Of a stretch of 64,000 nt of DNA, positions 39,601-52,000 are shown in pieces. The notes beneath the pieces are model-generated. The model worked only from the letters and a program-made list of their open reading frames with translations. It was not told the origin of the DNA and searched no databases. The stretch comes from Laetmonice hystrix (Eukaryota): the NCBI GenBank assembly GCA_965235115.1, contig OZ249436.1, forward strand, positions 28,956,001 through 29,020,000, written 5' to 3'. The position numbers were made by a program, and so were the translations under genes. Position 1 is the first letter of the stretch, and the number at the start of each line of letters is the position of its first letter.

Positions 39601-41923
39601 GGAACAAACTTTTTTTATGTAGTTTGATGAAAAAAACTATCATTCCCCCCTTGTTTGGTGAACAGATTTGTTAAAAAACAAAAACCATAGCCCCCCCATG
39701 TATTAAATGGTCCGCCCCTTTAAAGAAGTCCGTTTGAGTTTGCAATAGATTACCTTTAATCGTATGTGACCAAGTTTTTTGTTTCTTGACAAGGACTTCA
39801 TGATCTGAGTGTGTATCGTGACCCTGGAGAAGAGCTGGCTCCAAGTAATCCTTTCCTGCGAACACAAAAGGTTGAGCCACACTCACTGCTGGAAGTGGCA
39901 CTGGAGATTCTGCAGACAATCACATGTAGAAAAGGACCAAGTAGGTGCAGAGGATGTGGAGTGTCATTTAGGGTCTGGGCAGGGGTTCTCCCATATGGTG
40001 GACCATGCAGTAAATAAAGGCCAGGGGCCCGTTTCACTAAACACTCGTATTTTAGAAGATCATGGTGGGCATGATGACGTCTGAAATGTGTCATTATTTT
40101 TAAAAATCAATATTTTTTTTCAAGATAAAAGGGTGCTAGTTTAGCAATGAAAATAGGTATGTTGATGGTACACATCAAGGGCTTTCTGATGATATAATTA
40201 TTATCAAAATCGAAGGATACCCACATCTTCAAAAAAGGGGCCCAAATAGGGTTTTTTCCCTGCTGAGACCCGGTACCTGCATTCTTGCCAAAAAACTACT
40301 GATCTTAAGTAACTGCTTTTGTTACTGTAGGAAGCCCTTTAGTTGTACTATCATTTAGAAACAACTAAACTCAATTCATTCTATGAGGTATGGGTGAAAA
40401 GCTGATCTGAAATGTGACGATTTTTCATTTTCGTCAGAAAAATGCTTAAATGTAGCAGATAATTGCTTGACTCCTACTAGATTAAATTTTAATCTGACAC
40501 CTGCCAACAAGAGAGTATATGATGAAGGATCTATGTTGAAAAAATCAAGTTGATATCGTTGATAGTTCCTGAGCTATGGTTTGTTAAAGATGGGAATAAA
40601 TCTGTCGGCAGCATTTTTGTCGCGATAAAAGGAGCCACGCCCACTTTTTTGACCCCTTATTTAAAAAAAACTATAAATGATAATGAGGTAAAACTTTGCA
40701 TATTTTCATTTGGCACCACAGGCAACATGTTAAAAAAATTTGAAGCAAATCCAAGACTATCACTATGGGATTTGTCTGAAAATTGGGTGATTTCACATGG
40801 AATGACCCCAAACTTTTAATTTGATCCTGGTTATGTATGTAGAGGTGGTATCCATTGCTACATTGTGTCCTTTTATATCTTTACAGATTTCTACAATATT
40901 ACAAACTCAAAGGGTAAGGTTGCCAGATTTTGTCTCTTCAAGCAGGCATACAGAATTGGGGATGATGTTGTGGGAACCTGCGACTTCTCAGAGGCAACAA
41001 TACCATGTGTGCAGGTAAATTTACTATCGTTTTTTGGGGCATATTCAACAGCAAATCCTGATTTCAATTTTAAATCAATGGATGCACTGTATCATATAAA
41101 GATGGCTTGAATTCATTTGAATGTTATTCAGTAGTTTTCTTTTTTCTGATGGACAAACAAGACTGAAGTCAAAGAGGTTTATAAAAATTACTTCTGCCAT
41201 GATATTTAAATGAAGTTGGACTGTTATCGAATTGACTTTGTCATGACATAAGAAAATGTAATTGTTTGGCATCGGTAGTTCTCTGTGACGCTTCAAAGTG
41301 AAGAGACAATAGCAGAGGACTGTCGGCGTAAGGCCAGTCAGGGGACAACAGTCACCTCATACAGTCGGCATCATGAGTTCTGTCTGCACACAAGTCGCAC
41401 TCATATCTCCATTCCTATACCACTCACAGCCACCCCTGGGTTCCACACAGACTTGGGTATGTGAAACTACTGTAAGCTTTGAACATATATTCATTCATTC
41501 AGTCTTAAGTTGGCATGTGATCACCAAGATTTGTGATCACAAATAATGTACTGGCTATTTTGTGAGGAACAAATACTTTTGATAAGGAATAACGCAGAAC
41601 CCCATTTGATATCAAACTGGATCCGTGACTGACTGAAATATTTGTTGTAAACAACACTTCACCAATAATAATAGCAGTTTTTATTTTTTTTATTTGCAGT
41701 GACTTTGAAATGGCGGTTACATTTTGAATTTGTGACGGCCAAGAAAGTGCTTCCATCACCCCAGCCTCCTTCAAGTGCCTCAGAGAACAGCATGTGGCAA
41801 GGGCCTGCTCAATTAGAGGTGGAGACAATGGTATGGGATCTGCCCATTAAGGTCTTTGCAACCAACCCACTGCATGCCACGAGTGTCTCTCTGTTACGCA
41901 TGGAGAACTCTTGTATAGCATAA
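30643..41923 (+). CDS. RGP1: RAB6A-GEF complex partner protein 2 (RGP1), 8 coding exons, about 393 aa
   Basis: Exons 30643-30761, 31080-31231, 36572-36655, 36899-37048, 39794-39940, 40887-41014, 41279-41456 and 41700-41923 join in phase (1182 nt). MIEVTAKLPGRSVFLAGETLECLVTFTN, LAWASTQIHCQ, ILFCDLTLAPGES, PPSFRGTAIKYSYKITIG, YRIGDDVVG, VTLKWRLHFEFVT and WDLPIKV match RGP1. Confidence 0.95.
31950..34491. mobile_element. Non-autonomous DNA transposon with 4-bp TSD (Sola2-like), carrying nested insertions
   Basis: TACA|GGGGCATTCCACAGTA ... TACTGTGGAATGCCCC|TACA. The motif GTCCCGTCCGCAAC recurs about 8 times in both orientations. Nested MITEs at about 32643-32975 and 33239-33469. Confidence 0.8.
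35112..36466 (+). mobile_element. tRNA-derived SINE (35112-35259 plus 36290-36466), split by a TTAA transposon
   Basis: tRNA-like head with A-box-like TGGCAGTTGTTAG and B-box GGTTCGAGCC. The core rejoins as CACATTAAAGATCCCTTGGCATCTATCAATGAGAGTAGGGG. The tail ends in (ACTC)n. Confidence 0.7.
35256..36289. mobile_element. TTAA-flanked (Kolobok-like) non-autonomous DNA transposon inserted in the SINE
   Basis: TTAA|AGAGGCATTCT ... ATATGCACCT|TTAA; similar to 8363-8898. Confidence 0.8.
37306..38039. mobile_element. Tc1/mariner (pogo/Tigger-like) MITE
   Basis: TA|CAGTGGTCCCCCTCTTAAAGACCACCCC ... GGGTGGTCGCTTATGAGGGGGACCACTG|TA, with repeated AGCGACCA motifs. Confidence 0.85.
39451..39721. mobile_element. 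MITE
   Basis: TIRs AGGGGCGGACCATTT / AAATGGTCCGCCCCT. Confidence 0.7.
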
Positions 41924-43921
41924 TTTAAGTAGGTTGTGAGAATACTGTCATTTGGTTAAATAATTGGGGTTGGGAGTTATGCTAGGGGATGCTTGTAATG
42001 AGACGTTACAAAAATAGAACAAGTTCTTGGTTATAAAATGGAGCACGTTCTGATTGCATGTATTGGTCAAAAATAGGAGGTACGCACAGCTACTAGTAGG
42101 AGAGTCAAATGTGACCAATTGGAAAGCAGGAACCGTAAACCTACATACCCAGGGACGGTATTCTGAAGAGCAGATACCTAAATAGTGTATCCAAGAATAA
42201 GAGAAAGAAAAGAGAAACCTGTATACGTTATCCTATTAACATTATGTCAGATATGACAAATTTTATCAATATTAACGACTAAATATCCAGCTATAAAGAA
42301 GCTAAACAAGTTGCACAGTATATGTACTGGTTTATACTGTATTGGTATATGTTTTGTCTAGCAAACTGTACATGCAACTATTTATTACTCTGCCACTGAG
42401 CAATTCTTTAAATGCCTCCGTTCCAGGAAATTTTATTTAAACATTCATGTATACATATACAATCAGTATTTTAGCCCTACCGTACGAAGTTACTGCTTTA
42501 GCTTGATATACGGTAATACTATGACCAGTTTTGTCATACTGCCTTACTCTAAAATGGGCAGTGAATGTAAGTTTGAACACAGGTCAAAGTAGGACTGGTA
42601 GCTGTTGAACTGTGTACAACTAATAAGTCAAACACAACATTATGCCTTTATTTCATTTTTCTGTAAGATGGAAATGACAAGTCCATGTACTCTCAGCTTC
42701 TTGGGGTTATGAATATTAAACCGGTAAATCATTGGTCTGTCCAAGTAACAAGTATACCAACTAAAACATACAAGTTCATATCATACAATTTCTGGTAAAG
42801 GCCGGTATCTCAGTGAGGCAAAGCTCCAGTTGTAACCAGTCCAATTACCAGAACTTGAAGTAATGCTTTTACACTTTTACTTTGCTGGTTTTTAGTAAAT
42901 TTCCCCAAGCTGTCCTTTATACCAGCGTCTATGCAGATCTCAGAAGTGGTTGTAAGTTAAAGGTACCGACTGGTCTTAAGACTTGCTCAATCCATGACAA
43001 TCCCCACTCGTCACCATCATTCCGATCTGAGAGCACGTTTATGTCACAGTCCAAACTTGGCTACTTCTGATATATATTATAAACATGTATATCAATTGCC
43101 CTATACAGAAGGGTAGGTGCGAGGGTCAGAGATATAAAGTATTTTCACATTAATTGAGTTTTGAAGTTCAAAAATGTACCGGGTACGTCAATTTTATGTT
43201 CACATACAAGGTATTTTATGTTAGCTGTTTACATGCTTTTCCAATTTTATAGTGCTGTATGTCTGACAGATGGTGGAGTTTGAGCTAATGTTCGTGATGT
43301 GATGTACCATGGCATCAGTTAACAGCAGTAGTAGGGCCACTCATGTTTGAGGGGATCCTCCTGCAAACTTCAATTATACAGGGCCGCTGATGCCAAGTAT
43401 TACCTACTTAACCACAAAAACTGTCACTGATAAATCTTTTCTTTTGAATCTTTAGAATCTTACCGAGGATAATATCTGTATATTTTCACAATATACATTG
43501 TATTTCTAGTACAAGTCATTGCAGAAGCAAAATTTAATTAAAAAAATAAGAAAGGAAAGAAAAAAAGGAAAAGACTTAGCCAAGGTTGTCAAAACAACCG
43601 TAAAGGCCTAAATAAGATATTTTCGAAGGGAATGTGCCAAGAGCAGTAGTGTTGGTCATATAAGGAGACGAATATATCATCCACATGTAATTTAATTGCA
43701 TCTAAAATCATGTTCCTGGATCATAGCATATTCTCATGATTCTGTAACGTTAATATATTATGAGCTTGTGAAAGAATATCGTGGGGTTGAAATTTTGAAC
43801 AAAGACTAGCCTCAAAATGTTGGTCAAAGAAGAACATATTACCAGGTGCTTGCCACTACCTTTGGTCCATAGTGTGTAATTCAATCGCTTCAGAATACTT
43901 CGCATCACTTTCTTCCATTTA

Positions 43922-44368
43922 AAGTGGAGTCCGGTTATAACGAAGTATTTGTGATCGCGGAAAAAAATCGTTATATGCGGAATTTCGTTATAACCGGGAG
44001 ATGCCTTGCTGTTTCAGTCGGCTACCAGGGGGCTCTCCCTACTAGATTTAGTCCTGATGCCGCTAGAGGCCGGGTCTGGATGATCGAGACTGGCTCTAGG
44101 TAGGCCTAATTGCCAGACAATTTTTTGTTTAGGACCTATGTGTTATAGGCATCAATGCTAGGCAGTCCTTTAAATATCACTTTGTACTATCATTATGAAT
44201 CATATTAGTATGCCAATTTTTGGAGGGGTGGTTCTAAAACAGCCGCGTAGTCACTTGTTCCCACGCGTGGAGAAAACAGAAAACAGAGACTAATTCCGTT
44301 CCTGAGATTGACTTCGCTATATGCGGGAATTCGTTGTAAGCGTGTTCGTTAAAACCGGGCTCCACTGT
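43922..44368. mobile_element. Tc1/mariner-type MITE
   Basis: AGTGGAGTCCGGTTATAACGAA / TTCGTTAAAACCGGGCTCCACTGT, with repeated TTCGTTATA motifs. Confidence 0.7.
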
Positions 44369-46052
44369 CATAGGCGATGAATACCTATAAATTACAGTTA
44401 AGTTTATGAATAAAAAAACTGCCGTTTCTAGGTTTTCACCAGATCTTTCATCAAATTATCAAAGGGCGAGTAAGGATCAAACTAGCAAGATATTGCCAAT
44501 AAGTAATAAAAATAACGTTTTTATTGTTCTTGTCGGCGCATTTCCTTTCAGTATTTTTCAGAGATGTTTGTGTTGAGAAGGCAAGCTGTCAATGTGAATG
44601 TGCATCTGGGTTATATGAGGGGGTACTCACACAATGTCTTTTAAAAAAGAATTGGCAACCTTGCATTTCTAATTCTAGCCTCGTAAATGAGAATCCTATC
44701 AAATCATAAGAAATGTATCGCGGTTTAAAACCGGACATCCCCTGGGTAGTGGCTTTGTTGATATGTAGGTGTACTCGTACCAAATAGGAAGTATTCCGAG
44801 GACAAAAATTACATTCATCAGTATTTCATCTTCATCGTCATGTCAAGTATGCTTACATGATCATTACAAATGTGACTTCTACATTTTCCTGTTCATAAAC
44901 TTAAACTGTATAAGGTTTACATACGTGTCAGTGGCGATGTGAAATGCCAATAAAATATGAATTAAGCCAATTAATTAATTGTTGATTAAGCCGGGATATA
45001 AAGTCAACAGTATCATTTTTATGAACAATTTATTGCACAAGGTGTTGAAAATTAATCATAATGTTGATCTTTTGGTATAGAGAAAGCTTTCATAATCCAT
45101 TGGTGCAGGATACTCACATGGGGGGGGGGGGGGTGGTAACGAATCTGATGTGCCGACTAGGGATAGTTTTGGAGCAGGAGTAAGATATTCACAGATGTGG
45201 GGCCAAGAGAAGTCTATACCCCTACGACCCCCAGCTTCAAGGTCTGTTGGTTGGTATGCCTTCCTGCCCTCTGCCCCCCGCCCCCCAGTTCTGGTGCCTG
45301 TGAGATTACTTTATAACATGTCGTTCTACTTTTTTTTTTAGATACATGTACCACGGGACTACGTGGTTCATAATAAACCAGGGGGTTCCACCTACTTTTT
45401 CTTTTCCCAGAATCTCAAAAAGAGTTGATCTTGTCTATTTCACATAATATGAAGGAACGTATGGTTTGGTTTATCAATGGAAGAGAAACTGTATGACATT
45501 GAATTGTATTCTATTTAGGTATTAAACATATCATGTTACAGAGCACCAGTTATTTGTTCTATTTGACAAAACGATATATCACGTCTGTGAAATGCTGTAG
45601 AGGCATACATGATCTACTCGTATCAAATATTTTGTATGCAATGCGATTATGAAAAGCTCCTTAATGGTTTTCAGTGAGAGTAAACACACCTAAAGCTGCA
45701 CATTGCTAGAGCTTCAGGTGTGTTTACACTCTCATTCTCGTGGTAACTATGATGGTATCGTACAAAAATTCAGAATGACATTTCAATAATTTTTACCCAT
45801 TTTTATTTTAGCTGTAGACACGGTATATACATGATATATAATGTATAGACATAACCAAGACTGATATTACGGAAATTTACACAGATGATAAATTACATTT
45901 AGAACTATTCAAATTGAAACTGTTTTCGACATTTTGACAAACAACAGAGTTGAATATGAATGATACATGATGAAAATGATACGAGACACACTGCTGTTAT
46001 TTCTTCATGGAATGACTGGTGGTTCTTTTAGGTTAGAGAAAGAAGTCTGAGG

Positions 46053-49000
46053 TCACTTTCCAGGTTGTTTAACGAAGGATTGTCCAGACATGCCCGCTGA
46101 TCTTCCCATAAATGTCTGGCTTCTGTAATATCGAAACAAAGAAATCATGCATGCACCGCAGCAATCATGTATGCATTTCCAAAACTGTAGGGTTCTAATG
46201 ACAAAACGGCGGTTCTCTAGAAACTGGTAACAATGTGAAATGTTTGGCCGTCTAATATGGCCATGTTCATGGTCACCTACATTGTAGGCTACACCCTGAC
46301 TTTATCTCCCCCCTCCCCTAACACACACAAGTTATTTTGATCAGGCATGTAATTGACTCCCACCTTGCCGACGGTGCCCCGGGCCTTTTCTTTGCAGCAT
46401 TCTGGTTTTGGGGCTGTTTTCTGGAAAAGACGGAAAAATGCAGAAATAATACAGCTATTGATATATTTAGCCATATCTTTTCGTGGTTTTATGATTTGAC
46501 AGTGGAAAGCTTGCCAGTAAAACCAAATTGATTCTGCCCTTACTTTTATTTAATTTTTAATTACTTTACTTTTCTGTGCTGGAATTCCAAAATTATATGA
46601 AACGAGTTGTAAAAATCGTTATCCTACTTTTTGTCAGCCTTTCCTTTGAAGATTTTTGCTACATCAAGATGATTTGGTGGTGAATTATCTTCATGGTCCG
46701 AGCCTGTTGTACAGTGTAGTTCCAGCCTCATCGGGGCATACATGTTGAACCATTGCTACAATAGTTTGTAAAGCACTTTTAAATTGAGTCAAATTAATTA
46801 TGTTGTGAAACATGGGGAAATACTACATCAGCTATTACATAAATCAAACATGACGTGGTAAACGTGCAATGATATCGTATGTCGGTAATAATCTTTGTGT
46901 GCGTGTATATACATGTACATGTAAAAATTCTTATGATCCGACATTTGTTAAACAACTGTTACCTTGGTATAAAATTGCATTACCTTTGCCTGAGGAGGCA
47001 GCCCTACATCAGTGAAGGCATACTGCCAGTGTGGTAAGCCAAGATGCATCAACATCAACCGATAGTAGCTGAGGAAGTCGGATGCCAACTGGTGCCACTG
47101 AACTGATCGATCAAGGAACCAGATTTCTGCTTTCTGTGCTGGAATTCCTAAAATATATAAAACAAGTTGTTAAGTATACATAAGTAAACAAACTTTTATC
47201 ATACATCACGTTCTGTTTTTGCTAATGAAAACTTTTTTCAGGTTCCATGAGGCCATCTTGAAGATGTAGACATGCCGTAGTAACGAATTCTGTACACCTA
47301 TTATAAACATTATTTTTATCCATTCTTTGAAACAGGACTCTGGGTGCAGCATCGAAGTCCTTACATATCTATCGTCTTATAGCTGGGTGCAGCATCGAAG
47401 TCCTTACATATCTATCGTCTTATAGCCAAACTTCTGAGAGATGTACCACTCCCAAAACCTGATTTCACTAAGCCGATTTTCAGGTGAATTGCCATCACTC
47501 AGCCATCAGTTGACATAATATCTGCAGACAGAGAACTTTTTAATCGGGTGTCTCGGCAATTTTTACAATTCATACGACCTTTGGAATATCCCTTGGTATA
47601 AGTAATTACATGCAGGAGGGGATTTATGTTTCTTGAACTTGACAAAAGAAACGTCCTGGAGGTTCAAAAAACAAAAAACAAAAATGACTAATTCAGGAAG
47701 GGTGAAAATATCTTGGGTCTGATATGGAACTTGGTTAGCGACTAACCAATATCTCTTTGCCAGTTATACAAAATCAACATTGGTCTAGCATTCCTCCTAC
47801 CCCGACCTGCATACTCGTAGAGCTGCCAAAATTTAACTTTGGGAAACTACACAGCATATTAATGCTGATTCTTGAAACTATGGGTCATTTTTATGTAATC
47901 ATAGTAAAGCGTTAGACTTCTGAAAGAATAGTTTGGTGGCAATACCATATGTGCCAGCCCTCTTTTTGTGCATGCCATAATAAATTTATTTTGAAACTGA
48001 CAATGTCAATCCTTCCAAAGTTGCTAATGTCTTAAATAAACGTCATTTTTTTTTATAAAACGGGATTAGTGAGCCATTGCTACTATTACAAGTGAGTAGG
48101 CCTACAGAAAACTGATTCAAACATTTCAAACAAAAACAAAATGTATGAAAATATGGTCATTATAAATCAAAACAAAAAATATGTGTTAGACCTTAAACAT
48201 GAAAAGATTTGGATGTCAGGAATGAAATGGTACCGGGTTACTTTCTGGGAAAAATTATACTGTGGTGGATTCTATGCAAACAGGTCCCTGAGACAAGAAA
48301 AACTGCTCGGCATTAATTGTTATTAACTATGTATACACAGAGTGCTGATTATGAAAAAAAAATTGGCAAAACACAATCTTTATTACCAAATGTGAACTTT
48401 TCATGTTCCATTATGTTAAGGACAAGTGCTAGTGTGAGGCCAAAAATTTTTTTGAGACAGATTTTTTTTAAATTTTGCAGATAAACAGAGTATGTTGTCC
48501 TCTTTCAAAATTCAGCAAAAAAATTATACCTCACCGGGTTACAATTACTAATTACTGTTTAGATTTTTTTTTTTTTTTTTTTACCATTTATATTTGTCAT
48601 AACGGTCTCCAAGTTATAGAAGTGGTAAAAAAAAAAAAAAAAAAAAAAAAAGTTTGATTTTGAACATTTTCACGTTTTGCTCATTTACACCAGTGAAAAT
48701 GTTCAAAGTCAAAAAAAAAATTTCTCTTTTTATTTTTTTTATTTTTTTTTTTAACCACTTCTATTTGTCATAACCGTTCTGACAAAAAAAAGTAAAAAAA
48801 AAATAAAAAAAAAAAAAAAATTGCAAACTGTATTCATTAACATGAAGAAAATACCAACTTCAAACGCTTCTAACAAAAAAAACTAAGCCGGTGAGGTATC
48901 ATTTTTCTGCTGAATTTTGAAAGAGGACAACATACTCTGTTTATCTGCAAAATTTAAAAAAAATCTGTCTCAAACAAATTTTTGGCCTCACACTAGCACT

Positions 49001-52000
49001 TGTCCTTTAAGTATCGCTCATTTCAATGACTCCAAAATGCAGACGTGGGCTGTTAGGGTAGAAAAGGCCTCAGAATACATCAATCAAATGTATACCTGCA
49101 GAAATGGAGAAATGTAATGAAATTCGCCATTCCAGTTGCCTGTTGTTGCCATGAAGTGAACGTCTCATGGCTGGTTGTTGACCTGGCATTGACTTGAACA
49201 ACCAATAAAATTCATTGGTTCATCACCCGATGAATTTCATTGTTCAAGTCAATACCAGGTCAACAATTTTGCAGCCATAAGATGATCGCTTCATAATCAT
49301 AGTGACAATTGGCAACTGGAATGTTCAATTTCATTAGATTTCTCCATTTCTGCGGGTACATTTATTGATTTCTGAAGTCTAAGGCCTTATCTAATCAACA
49401 GCCCACGTCTGCATTTCAGAGTCATTGAAATGAGAGATACTCAGTGATACTTTAACCCATTAAGGACGGCTGATGCCTTGAGGCATTCCCGGGCGGGGGC
49501 CGGATGATGCCCTGAGGCATTCCCGGGCGGGGGCCGGATGATGCCTTGAGGCATCATTTGACTTACGTCAGAGCCCATTGTGTATAGAGCGACAGGGCAG
49601 CGCTGTGACGTAACGTCACAATTGAGTGCTAGCTGCGCTGGACCTAGACCAACTCTAGACTCAAATCCCTACTTTTGTCTAAAACATTGATCATTTTTCT
49701 GGGGATGACAGTGATTTGGAAGCATGAAAGGCAATCCGTTATCACATGTGGCCGCCCAGAATGGCCCGTCCTTACGGCACATTCACGCAATTGTTACGTC
49801 GTCACAAGTGCACGTCTCGGCCACAAGGGCCCCGTCTCGAAAGGATTAATATATCCTAACAGCTATTAAATAGTTATTTTTCTTCGTGCATATCTAGGCA
49901 ATACCTACTGCTAAGTCAAAATGAACATGTTACTGAGTTGCTTTAACACATAAGCATTTTCTGGATGAATAATCCTATACTTTTCGTTTCTCACTTATCA
50001 TAATGTACATACAGCAGTGCTATTCTCCCTGAAAAACAAATTTGCGATGCCTAAAACTGCCTATAATATTTCTGGGCACTCTAACTATTCTAGCGTGCAT
50101 ATTTTTAAAAATAAAGTCACTTCTTTCAATCTCCAGGAGTGACTTCTTTCATGTGTTTTGCTAGCGATGGAAAGAAATAGCAAAAAAAAAAAAAAATCCT
50201 ACGACTTTGTATCACACAAATATTAGAAAAAAAGACATTAGTATGCAAATTATACCTTATACCTTTGGAAAGATTGGCTTATTTTTTTACCTGTGGATTC
50301 TGAAAAAGAAGGTTTTTAAAAGTATGTAATTTTCAGTCGCGAGGATTACCTGCCAGTCATGTTAAGCTCTGCAGTATTAGTTCAAAATATTCACATCTTA
50401 CTTAACTTCAACAACAGACAAGAAAATAGAGACCGATCTAAATTCTAACATACTTAATGTGAGCTTCCTTCGAATTGAAACAGACAAGAAGGAAGAAATC
50501 ATCATGTCACTGATAAACATATTAACAAACAACAGCCATTAGACTGTGAACTGAAATTTTTTGAAAAACTCCCAGAAGTATGGAGTCCTAACTCGTGTCA
50601 AGTGGCAGTGCAAAATTGACAATCATTAACCTCAAAATATTCATACTTCATAATCATATGAAGGACCCTTTGTCAACCCATAGATCTCAAAGTAGTCCAA
50701 CCAATCTCCCCAATATTATGCATCATCCTTTACAACTAAAGTCTCAAGACACCTGTTTTTTCATTAAAAAACAACGTATAATTCAATTAATTAGGAAAAA
50801 GCTGATTAAATTGTTGAATTCATTTCATGGAAATCCATGTATCAAGTACAGGTCAATCTGAAGGGAGTACATTGGACCTCAATAAAGTGATCAATGGATG
50901 AAAAATGATAGACCTATGCCGAGACGACTACATGTACATCATTGTGATGTTCTGCTCCTAAATTTGTTGGGCATTGCGTAGTGATTATAAGAGGTTTGCT
51001 ATAAAAATTACATGTTACAGACTGGATCTTTAACTTATTCCACCATAAAATAGTTTAACTTACAGTGTAGAAGGGATGACTCAATGGAACATTTATGTGA
51101 TATTTATTCTTTTGATAAATGACCTCTGAGCCTACCTGGTTTGGTGTTGTTGTATACAAGGCACACCTTGCCATAGCCATCACATGGATCAAGTTCAAAT
51201 ATGCGACTCCTGTGGTCAAACTTAGGAAGATTGACATCTGTAAATCAGTGAATCAAAATTAGAGAAAAAGGCCAAATCAGTAACATCATGGAATTGGGAA
51301 GGAAAAGTTAAAATACAGATAGTTCTCTGAACTTCTCATACTATGAGCCCAACAAAATCACAGGAATTTTCATACACCTAATCAGGGCCATAATTCTTAG
51401 GAAGGCTATCGGACTGAGGAGTTTAAGCCCCCCCCCAATATTTTCAGCGGTGCCTAATAATTACCATATTTTACTAGAGAGAACCTTCTATCTAATTAAA
51501 ATTAGATCTATTCTTGGTATTCCGCATCTCTCTTAGCTGTGCCAGTGCTGTCTACGCTCCATACCTAGATCTAAGGACTCCCATTAGGGGTCGCCTCAGA
51601 TTGACCTTTGGATTCAGCCAATCAGCAAGCTGCCTACAAAATCTTTGGTGTGCGCTCGCAGGCATTTTCAATGGCAAACTTGAATAACTAACACCTAATT
51701 TTAATTTAGATTGAGAGAACTTTAAGACTCTGTTCGTCTAGCCCTTAATAATTCGATGAAAATTATATGTCTGTGTATGGATCTTTTTCTGCAGTATTAT
51801 GTAACTTGGGATTCTCTCCCAATTTCAAAATATCGCTGCTATGGAAAAGTTGTGAGCCTAGTGCATGTAGGAGACATTATTAACCATTACAGCAATGTCT
51901 GGTTCAGTCTAAACATTATCACACAGAATGATAAGTAATTTGTGACAACTTTTTTTTCCACTCCAGACTCTGAAAGCAGATACTTTCGAACGACTAGATG

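Noticed and set aside
50350..50368. Second tiny exon candidate in TPGS2 (CTGCAG|19 nt|GTAATC)
   Set aside because: It would shift the frame, has a weak pyrimidine tract, and lies only about 50 nt from the 9-nt candidate.
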